A model generated the notes under the pieces. That model ran no database searches and was not told the origin of the DNA. It saw only the letters and a program-made list of their open reading frames with translations. A program made the translations under genes and the position numbers. Below, one piece after another: positions 9,168 to 17,788 of a stretch of DNA of 64,000 nucleotides. The stretch spans positions 400,627 to 464,626 of the forward strand of contig JAQTYF010000001.1 of assembly GCA_028688415.1 (NCBI GenBank), written 5' to 3'. The stretch is from Candidatus Moraniibacteriota bacterium (GTDB lineage Bacteria; Patescibacteriota; Minisyncoccia; Moranbacterales; UBA1568). Numbering within the stretch: the stretch's first letter is position 1; the number at the start of each line of letters is the position of its first letter.

Positions 9168-10355
9168 ATGCGTTATCTTCTTCTCGTCATCATTTTTGTC
9201 CTTCGTGATTTCAGCAAAGCTCGCGCTATTTTTACTATGGTTGTTATCAGTCTCGCTATTGCTTCTACATCGGTACTCGCAACCAATAGCATCCTCGCTG
9301 GGTTTCAAGAGATGCTCAGTAAAGGAGTAAAGGGCTGGATAGGAGATATATTCATTATACCAACGGAAGAGAAGCCATCTATTGATCATGCTGAAGACAT
9401 CATATCAGATATCAAGACACTTCAGTATGTAGAAGCAGTGAGTGTGCGTGCGTCAGCTGATGGAACATTTAAATACAAAGACAAAATCAGTGCACCTTTT
9501 TCACTTATTGGTGTTGATACGGGAGCAGAGGCCTACACTACCGGACTCCCCTCTACCGTCATCCAAGGCCAATTCCTCGATATTACAATGGATTCAGAAA
9601 GTATCATACTGGGTCTCAATTTTGCTGATAGCTTCATAGGAGGTCCGTATGATGGATCAAGTCTTTCTGTAGGAGAAAAGCTCCAGTTCATTCGTAACGA
9701 CGGCAGTGTCAAAGAATATCGTATCAAAGGTATCATTGATGGAAAAAACTTCCTTGCTAATTTCTCTGCAATGCTCCAAAAAGATGAGGTGGAGAGAATA
9801 TCTGTCGAACGTCGCAACAGTTCTATTGTTGTCAAAGTTTCAGAGGAAGAAAAGATAGAATCAGTCAAAAAAACGATTGCCGAAAGACATCCTGATGTTA
9901 TCGTCCATAATTGGATCGAGGAATCAGGCTATGTCGAAGGCATTATGCAAACCGTATATTACATCACGTTTCTCATCTCATCTCTTCTGATTTTCTCAGT
10001 TTTCTTTATCATCGCCATCGTCATATTTATCAATATTTCTCAGAAAAAACGTCAAATCGGAATCATGAAATCAATGGGTGCTACCACTCGTTTTATTGTC
10101 TCCATTTACGTCTTGGAATCGGTCCTATACTTCGTCTTCTCCTATCTCCTTGGTATTCTCCTCTTTCTCGTTATTCATTCTTATTCTGTTTCACACTCAG
10201 TGCCACTTTTGATTGGTGACTTCCATACCGTACTTGATTGGCAGAAAAATATTCTTTATTTCTTCATTCTCCTCCTTTCGGCTTTCCTCGGCGGACTTAT
10301 CCCTTCCTTTTTTGCTTCGAAACAAAAAATTATTGATACACTCCGTAGCACCTAA
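9168..10355 (+). CDS. MacB/FtsX/LolE-family ABC exporter permease
   Basis: N-terminal TM, large extracytoplasmic domain, three C-terminal TMs, QIGIMKSMGAT motif. Confidence 0.9.
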   Translation: MRYLLLVIIFVLRDFSKARAIFTMVVISLAIASTSVLATNSILAGFQEMLSKGVKGWIGDIFIIPTEEKPSIDHAEDIISDIKTLQYVEAVSVRASADGTFKYKDKISAPFSLIGVDTGAEAYTTGLPSTVIQGQFLDITMDSESIILGLNFADSFIGGPYDGSSLSVGEKLQFIRNDGSVKEYRIKGIIDGKNFLANFSAMLQKDEVERISVERRNSSIVVKVSEEEKIESVKKTIAERHPDVIVHNWIEESGYVEGIMQTVYYITFLISSLLIFSVFFIIAIVIFINISQKKRQIGIMKSMGATTRFIVSIYVLESVLYFVFSYLLGILLFLVIHSYSVSHSVPLLIGDFHTVLDWQKNILYFFILLLSAFLGGLIPSFFASKQKIIDTLRST

Positions 10356-10359
10356 ATCT

Positions 10360-11061
10360 ATGCAAAAACCCATTATTCAATTCAAAGATGTCACCAAGAT
10401 CTATTCTGGAGCAGGCGTATCTTCGACAATGGCCTTGAATGGTATCAACCTCGAGATTTATGAGAATGAATTCGTCGCAATCACAGGAAGTTCTGGATCA
10501 GGAAAAAGTACCATCCTCAATCTCATTGGCCTCCTCGATGATCCAACCTCTGGCGAGATACTTTTCAATGGAAAAAATGTTCATCAATTAAACGAGAAGG
10601 AGAAAAATACTTTCCGTCTCCAGTCTATTGGATTTATTTTCCAATTTTTCAATCTCATCGACAACTACACAGCTCTCGAAAATATCGTCTTTCAACTCGA
10701 ACTCCAAGGAAAAAGCTACGAAAAAGCCAAAGCGGATGGTCTCGAAATACTCAAATATCTCCACCTCGAAAATCGTGCGCATCTTTACCCGAAAAATCTC
10801 TCTGGTGGCGAACAGCAACGAGTCGCTATTGGACGAGCTCTCGCCAAAGAATCCCCTTTCATTATTGCTGATGAACCAACCGCTCATCTCGACTCAAAGA
10901 ATTCACAGGATGTTATGGATATACTGCACCATATACAGACCACATTCCATCGGACACTCATCCTCGTGACTCACGAACCTTTCCAAGCAGAACAAGCTGA
11001 TCGACAAATCATTATTCGTGATGGAAAAGTAGCAGAAATAATTACAAAAAAAATCGCCTAA
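10360..11061 (+). CDS. ABC transporter ATP-binding protein (LolD/MacB-type)
   Basis: GSSGSGKS, LSGGEQQRVAIGRAL, IIADEPT, LVTH; ATG at 10360. Confidence 0.95.
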   Translation: MQKPIIQFKDVTKIYSGAGVSSTMALNGINLEIYENEFVAITGSSGSGKSTILNLIGLLDDPTSGEILFNGKNVHQLNEKEKNTFRLQSIGFIFQFFNLIDNYTALENIVFQLELQGKSYEKAKADGLEILKYLHLENRAHLYPKNLSGGEQQRVAIGRALAKESPFIIADEPTAHLDSKNSQDVMDILHHIQTTFHRTLILVTHEPFQAEQADRQIIIRDGKVAEIITKKIA

Positions 11062-11104
11062 TTCCTCTTGATGTTGTATACTGTAGGTATACTATTTCCT
11101 TACA

Positions 11105-12676
11105 ATGAAACTTTCTCTCATTATTTTTAGTATCCTCTTTACTTGCCTTGTTCTCATTTTAGGAACATTTTTCTTGGTTCCAGATTTTTCATTCTTTGGA
11201 TTACGAGGACAACCCACTGAAGACAAAAATATTGTCGCTATAGAACGTGGTGAGCTCACAAAAATAATTACTATCAACAATGCCAAACTCGTTGCTTTAG
11301 ATGATTTCGAACTGTCATTTCCTTTTCCTGGTCGAGTAGAATCCATTTCTGTTCAAGAAGGACTCGTCGTATCTGCTCAAAGCACTCTCCTCGAACTCGA
11401 CACGACAGAGCTCGAACTCGAACGACAAAAAGCTCTCGCTCTCGTACACCAAAGCACCACCAATCTTGCTCAAGCCAGGGCTGGAGTACGAAGTGGTGAG
11501 ATTGCTGTTTTTTCCGACAAAGTGAAAGGTGCCAAAACCTCTCTTTCTGGGAGCAAAAAAAATCTCGTCGATGCACTACAAAATGCTTACGTCACCACTG
11601 ATGACGCACTGCACAATCTCTCGGATCGGACACTGGTCGATCCTACGGGTGATGCTCCTCAAATCAATTTTATCCTCAGTGATACCGATCTCGAAAATGA
11701 AATAGAGACTGATCGCAAGTCTCTCGAAGGAGAACTCTCGGATTTCAAAAACGATGTAGATGGTCTGGATACATCAGACAATCTCACCAAAGCGCATACC
11801 TCTGCAGAAAAAAAAGTTGAAAATATCAGAAAATATCTCGATAATCTCGCATCTGGACTCAATAAAACAACTGCTTCAGGATCACTTACCGAAGAACTGC
11901 TCACCGACTGGCGATCAGCACTGACGCTCGCTCGTACCAATGTCAGTACTGCGAAAAGCAATCTCTCTGCCATGTTCAATGCCTATCAGAATGCAGGACA
12001 AAGTCTCACGCTGGTCAAAAGTGAACTTGATGTACAAGGATCAGGCAACGTCGTTTATGACATCGATATGAGTCGATTCCAGCTTGAAGAAGCAGAACGA
12101 ATGCTCGATATTGCGAACGAAAAACTCCTCCAAGCAACTCTCGTTTCTCCACAGGATAACCTCATTGTGAAGAAAATCTATCCCAATACGGGTGAACGAC
12201 TGAGTGCTCACCAACCAGCCGTCTATCTCGCTACTGGTGCGCTTCAGATACAGATTGATATTCCAGAAGAAGATATTGCTGGAGTCACTACTGGCAATAT
12301 CGTACACCTAACACTTGGCGCTTTTCCAAACCATCCTCCTATCGAAGGGGTGATCGATACTATCGAGCCCAATGAACTCTCAAAAAATGAAAGTATCTAT
12401 TATCGAGCTTTCGCTACACTCAAAAAACAAGAGCCTGAGTGGCGTACAGGTATGACAGGAGAAGTAGAGATTCGTGTTGGTGCTACCACCGCTCTCCAGG
12501 TCCCGAAAAGTGCTGTTTACAAAAAAAATGGAAAACAATACATCCAGAAAGTGTCTACCACAGGCACAGAAGAGCAGGAGGTGACTACGGGATTGTCAGG
12601 AGAAAATACCTTGGAAATCACTGGTGCCTCGATCAAACAAGGAGATACTGTGCTTCGTTATCCGAAACTTCCTTAA
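11105..12676 (+). CDS. HlyD/MacA-type membrane fusion (periplasmic adaptor) protein
   Basis: N-terminal TM, lipoyl half-motif (GRVESISVQEG), long coiled coil, WRTGMTG...VPKSAV...VTTGL. Confidence 0.85.
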   Translation: MKLSLIIFSILFTCLVLILGTFFLVPDFSFFGLRGQPTEDKNIVAIERGELTKIITINNAKLVALDDFELSFPFPGRVESISVQEGLVVSAQSTLLELDTTELELERQKALALVHQSTTNLAQARAGVRSGEIAVFSDKVKGAKTSLSGSKKNLVDALQNAYVTTDDALHNLSDRTLVDPTGDAPQINFILSDTDLENEIETDRKSLEGELSDFKNDVDGLDTSDNLTKAHTSAEKKVENIRKYLDNLASGLNKTTASGSLTEELLTDWRSALTLARTNVSTAKSNLSAMFNAYQNAGQSLTLVKSELDVQGSGNVVYDIDMSRFQLEEAERMLDIANEKLLQATLVSPQDNLIVKKIYPNTGERLSAHQPAVYLATGALQIQIDIPEEDIAGVTTGNIVHLTLGAFPNHPPIEGVIDTIEPNELSKNESIYYRAFATLKKQEPEWRTGMTGEVEIRVGATTALQVPKSAVYKKNGKQYIQKVSTTGTEEQEVTTGLSGENTLEITGASIKQGDTVLRYPKLP

Positions 12677-12684
12677 CCATCTCT

Positions 12685-13365
12685 ATGAATATCGTCTACT
12701 CCCGTGCACTCACAACGACTGACCGACAGATTGCATCACAAATCATCAAGCGACAATACGCTGAAAGCGGATATACTGTTTCCGAAGCAGACATCGATGA
12801 CAAGATGGTACATTTTCTTGATCAAAAAACTGCACAAGTATATCTCGCTCAATACGAAAATACTCCTCTTGCCACTATTTCTCTTATCGGAGATTCATCC
12901 GCTGGTCTCCCTCTCGATGAGCTCTACAAAACAGAAATAGACTCTCTTCGTGCGCAAGGTTTCCGACTCGCAGAGGTCTCACAACTCGCTGTCGATACGA
13001 AGCACGCTCTCGAATTTCTTCCAGAAAAAATCCTCAAAAGAAATCTTCTTCTCTTCCCCTTCTTCCAAATCATTCTTCAATCTGCAATACAAAAAAAAAT
13101 CGATGCTCTCTGCATCGCTATCAATCCCAAGCATGATTTCTTTTATACGACATTGGGCTTCGAAACAATCGGGGAGCTCAAATACTATACGTCATTCAAC
13201 AATGCTCCAGCATTTGCCAAAATATTGAGGCTCGATACTCTGACAAAGAAAAAAGAAGAAACAAATTTCCTCTCTCGAATGATGTCTGATATTTCCCCGA
13301 TCGATCCGCTCGTATTCACCGGTGAACAAAAACTGATTTTTCCTCTTGAAATATCTCAGAAATGA
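12685..13365 (+). CDS. FeeM-type N-acyl amino acid synthase (GNAT-like fold)
   Basis: YAESGY...ATISLIGDSSAGLPLDELY...LAEVSQLAV...IAINPKHDFFYTTLGF...NAPA, typical of the FeeM/NAS family; ATG at 12685. Confidence 0.8.
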   Translation: MNIVYSRALTTTDRQIASQIIKRQYAESGYTVSEADIDDKMVHFLDQKTAQVYLAQYENTPLATISLIGDSSAGLPLDELYKTEIDSLRAQGFRLAEVSQLAVDTKHALEFLPEKILKRNLLLFPFFQIILQSAIQKKIDALCIAINPKHDFFYTTLGFETIGELKYYTSFNNAPAFAKILRLDTLTKKKEETNFLSRMMSDISPIDPLVFTGEQKLIFPLEISQK

Positions 13366-13479
13366 GATATTTTTTATTTTTTAGTGGACTACATCCTATT
13401 CAGTTGGAACTCTATCATAGCAGAATTACGGAGTTGGCGGGAACTCGGGATGACTCTTGAGCAAGGTTCAGGCAATATA

Positions 13480-13947
13480 TTAGATTAAAGATAGATCGCC
13501 GCTGATGATCTGGGGATGCATTCCAAGAATCTCTTGTTTGTAGGACAGCTCAGACGATACTGGATTTAAAATGTAAATCTTTTTCTTGAGATAGAATGCA
13601 ACACCTATTTCAATCAAAGTATTACCACCGACATAGCCGTTAATACCTCTTTTTTCCTGATTGACGACTAAAATTCCATCGCACCAGTCAATTTTTTCAT
13701 AATGGTCATTAATCGCTCCTTCTTTCATATTCCAAATCTCGTGTCCTGCTGGGAATGCATCAATGCCCCCGTTCTGTTCAATGTATTGACCGAAATAAAC
13801 CTTCTTGCCACCGCCAAATTCTTTTGGCACTTCGAGAGCAAGTTCTGGAATTTTGACTTCGTGACCTTGTTTTACCAGCTCATCTCTAGCTGATTCCATT
13901 TCTTTATAAAATCCAATGCTACCGCAAATTGTTATTTTCATAATCAA
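13480..13947 (-). CDS. Conserved hypothetical, nucleoside 2-deoxyribosyltransferase-like fold
   Basis: KITICGS...HYEKIDWCDGILVVN...GYVGGNTLIEIGVAFYLKKKIY. Confidence 0.6.
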   Translation of the reverse strand: MIMKITICGSIGFYKEMESARDELVKQGHEVKIPELALEVPKEFGGGKKVYFGQYIEQNGGIDAFPAGHEIWNMKEGAINDHYEKIDWCDGILVVNQEKRGINGYVGGNTLIEIGVAFYLKKKIYILNPVSSELSYKQEILGMHPQIISGDLSLI

Positions 13948-14404
13948 ATAATTTTAAGTTCTTTTAACCATTCGTACCAAACTGGCTCAATCCCAGGCGA
14001 TTTTTCCCAATCATCTTGGCTGATATCTCCACGAACGTATTTTTCAGTTTTACTCGCGAGTAATAATAAATCATCTTTTTTATAAAAAATCGCCCGCTTT
14101 GTTTCATCTTCACTTCTTTTTATTTCGCCCGTAGCTTCAATCTGATAGATTTTCCAATAGTGCCAGCTTCCGCCTTCACGCCTACAAGAATTTTCTTTTC
14201 GTCCTTCAATTAAAAGTTTTATATTTTGCGCCTCTAATCCGACCTCCTCCTTTAACTCTCTTTTGGCTGATTCCTCAAAAGAATTATCTCCGTCCATATG
14301 ACCAGCTGGAGGCGCAAAACCAAATGGGGGTTTTTTCTTTCTATAAGCAATAAATTGCCGTCTCTCCAAACTAACATTCCTAAACTGGTATGATCACATT
14401 TCAT
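13944..14404 (-). pseudogene. NUDIX hydrolase split by a -1 frameshift at AAAAAAC (14336-14330)
   Basis: ATG 14404 gives MKCDHTSLGMLVWRDGNLLLIERK; continuation KPPFGFAPPAGH...EESAKRELKEEVGL (Nudix box) is in the -1 frame. Confidence 0.75.
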
Positions 14405-14424
14405 AAGGAGACTTAATGATTTTG

Positions 14425-14495
14425 TGGACCTGGGCAGAATCGGACTGCCGCCTCTGCAATGCGAATGCAGCGTTGTACCACTTAACTACAGGCCC
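14425..14495 (-). tRNA. tRNA-Ala(CGC)
   Basis: Acceptor GGGCCTG/CAGGTCC with G3:U70, anticodon arm CTGCA-TTCGCAT-TGCAG, variant T loop GTCCGATTC. Confidence 0.9.
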
Positions 14496-14581
14496 TTGAT
14501 ATTTCTTGGCTCAAACAGATGTAGTATAGAAAGATTCCGAAAGAAATGCAAGAAAAAATCCATAGTCTAAGCACTCCCAGA

Positions 14582-14696
14582 TTGACAAAGCGCAACTTTA
14601 AATATATGATGCATCGTTGTAAAATTTGAAGGCTTTGTACAACAAACATCTCGTTCTTTAATAAGGGCTCACGTCGAGCCCGCTCAACCCAGGAGG
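14582..14696 (+). promoter_or_regulatory. Sigma70-like promoter and leader of the 14702 gene
   Basis: TTGACA at 14582, TATGAT downstream, boxA-like GTTCTTTAATAA 14653-14664, hairpin GGGCTC/GAGCCC, AGGAGG SD. Confidence 0.5.
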
Positions 14697-14701
14697 CCAT
14701 C

Positions 14702-15436
14702 ATGGCAAAAATTGCTTATTTCATCGACGTGCCAAAAAAAGGAGAACGACGAGAGGAATTCCAGTGGTTTCTCACGAGAATGATGAGACAGCATCCGTTC
14801 GTGTTCTCGATATCCAAGGGCAGATCTCCCGAGACAACTCATTTTTTTGAAGAACATGGGATCGTGGTACAAGACTTCTGGACGGCTCGCGAGCGGGGAA
14901 TATTCGAATTCCCCGGAGACCAGCGCTACTTCCTGAACGACATGGTTAAAAGTTTACCTGGTAAAGGATTACTCGAAGTGCTCTACCATCAAAAGATACT
15001 CTACCACGGGAATTTCTTTGGGAAACCGTACACCGGCGATCTGATACTGTTTCGACCGATAACTCGCGAGGAGGGCGACGAGCTTTCTACCGCGCTCACC
15101 ATTGCCGGTCTCCAATCTCTTGGGTTTATAGTGCTCGAGGATGTGTGCGAAGTCACTCCCGACTCAATTACACCCCATGAAGTCATCAAGATTACTGGGC
15201 GGCCAGGACAAGCGGAGCACCAAGGAAGGAATGCGGAACAAATTACAGCAGAAGAAGAACAGATCAGAAATGAAGAGCGTATCCGGGCGGTGATGAGAAA
15301 ACAGCAAGAACATGATGCAGCATTATTCAGCATCGCCAGAACGCGTTGGAATATCAGAGAAAACGCTCGTGTCGATGAAGCCTGGAACCGAGGCATCTAC
15401 CTTTTCAAAAAGCCTTTTACTTCAAAATATCCCTAA
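14702..15436 (+). CDS. Hypothetical protein
   Basis: 244-aa ORF with strong SD and downstream hairpin plus T-run (about 15477-15512); no recognisable family. Confidence 0.7.
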   Translation: MAKIAYFIDVPKKGERREEFQWFLTRMMRQHPFVFSISKGRSPETTHFFEEHGIVVQDFWTARERGIFEFPGDQRYFLNDMVKSLPGKGLLEVLYHQKILYHGNFFGKPYTGDLILFRPITREEGDELSTALTIAGLQSLGFIVLEDVCEVTPDSITPHEVIKITGRPGQAEHQGRNAEQITAEEEQIRNEERIRAVMRKQQEHDAALFSIARTRWNIRENARVDEAWNRGIYLFKKPFTSKYP

Positions 15437-15492
15437 ACCGAAATTGGGGCGAATTCACCCAATCCGAAAGGGCTGTCACCCACCGACGAATG

Positions 15493-15993
15493 TCAGTGGG
15501 TGTTTTTCTTTTCTGTAGAGTCATCAAGCGCAGCCACTTCTTCAACGTGATTCTCAAGTACCGAGTCACCCTCACCAAAGAGGAATTTTGTTCGGAATTT
15601 TTTACCAGCGAGAAACACTGGTAGCCAGTGAATATCATCCGGCCACATTTCATCATAAGGAATAGCGTCGATGGTGAACCACTGCGGTCGCATTTCTTCG
15701 GTTTCGACAGGCTCTCCATCCCAACTATCAATCCGAAAAACGTGTACCTCTAGAATATCGCCTCTGCTCGTCACAAATTCAAATTCATGAATACCGACTT
15801 TTTCCATCTTGGTGATCATGATCCCACACTCTTCCCGCGTCTCACGCTTGGCAGCATCTTCGATAGATTCTCCATCATGCAATTTTCCACCAAACCCGTT
15901 CCATCGTCCCTCTCCGAATCCACGTTTCTTCATGCCAAGCAAAATCTTTTCTTCCTTCACGATGAAACAGAGTGTCATTATTTTCTTTGTCAT
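15493..15993 (-). CDS. MTH1/MutT-like 8-oxo-dGTP diphosphatase (NUDIX)
   Basis: LLGMKKRGFGEGRWNGFGGK, Nudix box AAKRETREECG, ETEEMRPQWF, MWPDD. Confidence 0.92.
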   Translation of the reverse strand: MTKKIMTLCFIVKEEKILLGMKKRGFGEGRWNGFGGKLHDGESIEDAAKRETREECGIMITKMEKVGIHEFEFVTSRGDILEVHVFRIDSWDGEPVETEEMRPQWFTIDAIPYDEMWPDDIHWLPVFLAGKKFRTKFLFGEGDSVLENHVEEVAALDDSTEKKNTH

Positions 15994-15995
15994 AG

Positions 15996-16298
15996 TTATG
16001 ATTCTTCGAGGATAATCCGCTTCTCGAAACCTCCGCGCTTCTCATATTTTTCCTTCTGTAGCAGAACGATTTCTTCATCACTCCATCCATTCAGTTTCAG
16101 TAGAGATGCAATCACCTCATATATATCAGCCATTTCTTCTTTGTTCTTATCGACGAGAAATTCATTCACCTCTTCGAGCAATTTTTCATTCAGCTTCTGT
16201 CGATATTCTTCGTCTGTAGCGGTGTGATACGTTGCTTTTTCTCCTTTTCCTTCAATAATCTCAATTATTTTATCGCGTACTAGTTTATTGTATTTCAT
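15996..16298 (-). CDS. MazG-like nucleoside triphosphate pyrophosphohydrolase (PRA-PH-like)
   Basis: YNKLVRDKI...KLLEEVNEF...EEMADIYEV...KRGGFEKRIIL. Confidence 0.85.
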   Translation of the reverse strand: MKYNKLVRDKIIEIIEGKGEKATYHTATDEEYRQKLNEKLLEEVNEFLVDKNKEEMADIYEVIASLLKLNGWSDEEIVLLQKEKYEKRGGFEKRIILEES

Positions 16299-16382
16299 AG
16301 TATTTTTGCTTTATTTAAGACTTTATTTTGAGAAAATTCTAAAAGGTTTTTTGGACTCTTTTCAAAATATCGACTTCTGTGA

Positions 16383-16455
16383 TATACCCCCACACCAACT
16401 TCTAGTCGCATATACCATAAAAACTAAGTTGCAAAAAAGTTGGTGTGGGGGTATA
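16383..16455. repeat. Small element with 19-bp perfect terminal inverted repeats
   Basis: TATACCCCCACACCAACTT (16383-16401) / AAGTTGGTGTGGGGGTATA (16437-16455). Confidence 0.8.
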
Positions 16456-16673
16456 CTTTAGGTGCGAGGATGGAGGACATATTGGAAGGGACGTTTGGTA
16501 TCACGTAGATACTACAACAATAAAAACAACGTTTTTTACCCACCCCACCCAATATCCCCTCCCCTCGCTCTCCCTTCCTCTTCATACATTGATGAGGATT
16601 TTTCTTTACCTCAATATTATACATTGTAATCCCGCTCCCTACACATCGTATCACTCCTTCGAAGTATACCTTC

Positions 16674-17285
16674 TCACTTCTTACGTGCGATTATCTGAAG
16701 CCATCGGGTCTTGCCAGCCAAGTGGACATCCGAGAGTTCAATATCCAAACCCAATTTCCTGAGAACATCCTCCAATTCCTGTTTCGAAAAATAACTGAAA
16801 AATCGTTCATACTCATACCCATAATCATTTTCTATTTCTACTTCCTCCTCTGATTGACCTTCCCGTGGTTCTTTGACAGAAAGAAAGAGGATACCATTTG
16901 GTTTAATTTTGGTAATGGTATTCCTGAGAATACCCGTGATTTCCTTTTTAGGAAAATGAAGGAGTACCGCCTGCATCACAACCCCATCGAATTCTTTTTC
17001 CATTGAAGCGATATCCCTGATATCAAGAACGTGAAACTCTGCTTCAGGAACCTCTCTTTTGGCGATTTCGATAAAATTCGGAGCAAAATCGATTCCAGTC
17101 ACCCGAAATCCCCTCTCAGCAAGAAACTTTGATTTGACCCCGCCTGCGCATCCAGCATCCAGGACGACAGCTCCCACAGAAAGCAAAGCCGCGAATTTTT
17201 CCATGCCATTGATCCACCAATCATCGGTGAGGTGATCCTTGTGCCAATCTACGGCTATTGTATCGTATGTGTCTTTGAGATTCAT
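16674..17285 (-). CDS. Class I SAM-dependent methyltransferase
   Basis: VLDAGCAGG, VTGIDFA, FDGV...LLHF, KPNGILFLS. Confidence 0.9.
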   Translation of the reverse strand: MNLKDTYDTIAVDWHKDHLTDDWWINGMEKFAALLSVGAVVLDAGCAGGVKSKFLAERGFRVTGIDFAPNFIEIAKREVPEAEFHVLDIRDIASMEKEFDGVVMQAVLLHFPKKEITGILRNTITKIKPNGILFLSVKEPREGQSEEEVEIENDYGYEYERFFSYFSKQELEDVLRKLGLDIELSDVHLAGKTRWLQIIARKK

Positions 17286-17296
17286 AAATCTCTGTA

Positions 17297-17698
17297 TTAT
17301 TTTACTTCCAGTTCTTTGAAGCCAGTATTCTCATCAAAAACACGTTCGTACGATACATCGTCAAAGATTCCTATGACGATTTCTGCTGTATATTTTATTT
17401 CACAACCATCCTTGAGGTGACCTCCAATCACCTTTCCTTGCTTATCAGAAACAGAAATATGGATGTGACACCCCTCTTTTGATATCGTGCCCGTGCCAGA
17501 AACTATTTCAAATGGTTCATCCCATTCTTTTACAATCTGGTTATCTGGTTCTGATGCTGCCATTCTCAATATGGCATTCTCTAAGCCCCCGACAATCGAC
17601 AGAAGTACACCAGCTTTTATTTCTTTCTCAACAGCGATTTTTTCAATCTCTTCTTTGAGATATTGTCCTGGTTTTAGTCTGAATGTAAGTTGCTTCAT
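17297..17698 (-). CDS. PPC/DUF296 domain protein
   Basis: FRLKPGQ, FEIVSGTGT, HIHISVSD...VIGGHL...TAEIVI. Confidence 0.88.
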   Translation of the reverse strand: MKQLTFRLKPGQYLKEEIEKIAVEKEIKAGVLLSIVGGLENAILRMAASEPDNQIVKEWDEPFEIVSGTGTISKEGCHIHISVSDKQGKVIGGHLKDGCEIKYTAEIVIGIFDDVSYERVFDENTGFKELEVK

Positions 17699-17788
17699 AA
17701 TTTTTTATATCTATCTCAAGCCTTATCAGCCTGTACTCTGACATTTCTCACCTCTATTTTTTGTACCCGTTCTTCCAATGTATCCATA

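Noticed and set aside
7450-12676. C39-like protein plus ThiF plus ABC exporter as a RiPP/microcin C-type cluster
   Set aside because: No precursor peptide visible; ACP, PPTase and two acyltransferases point to acyl chemistry, though a tiny precursor cannot be fully excluded
14425-14495. tRNA-Ala as a pseudogene because of its TCCGA T-loop
   Set aside because: All stems pair and the G3:U70 identity element is intact; treated as a functional variant
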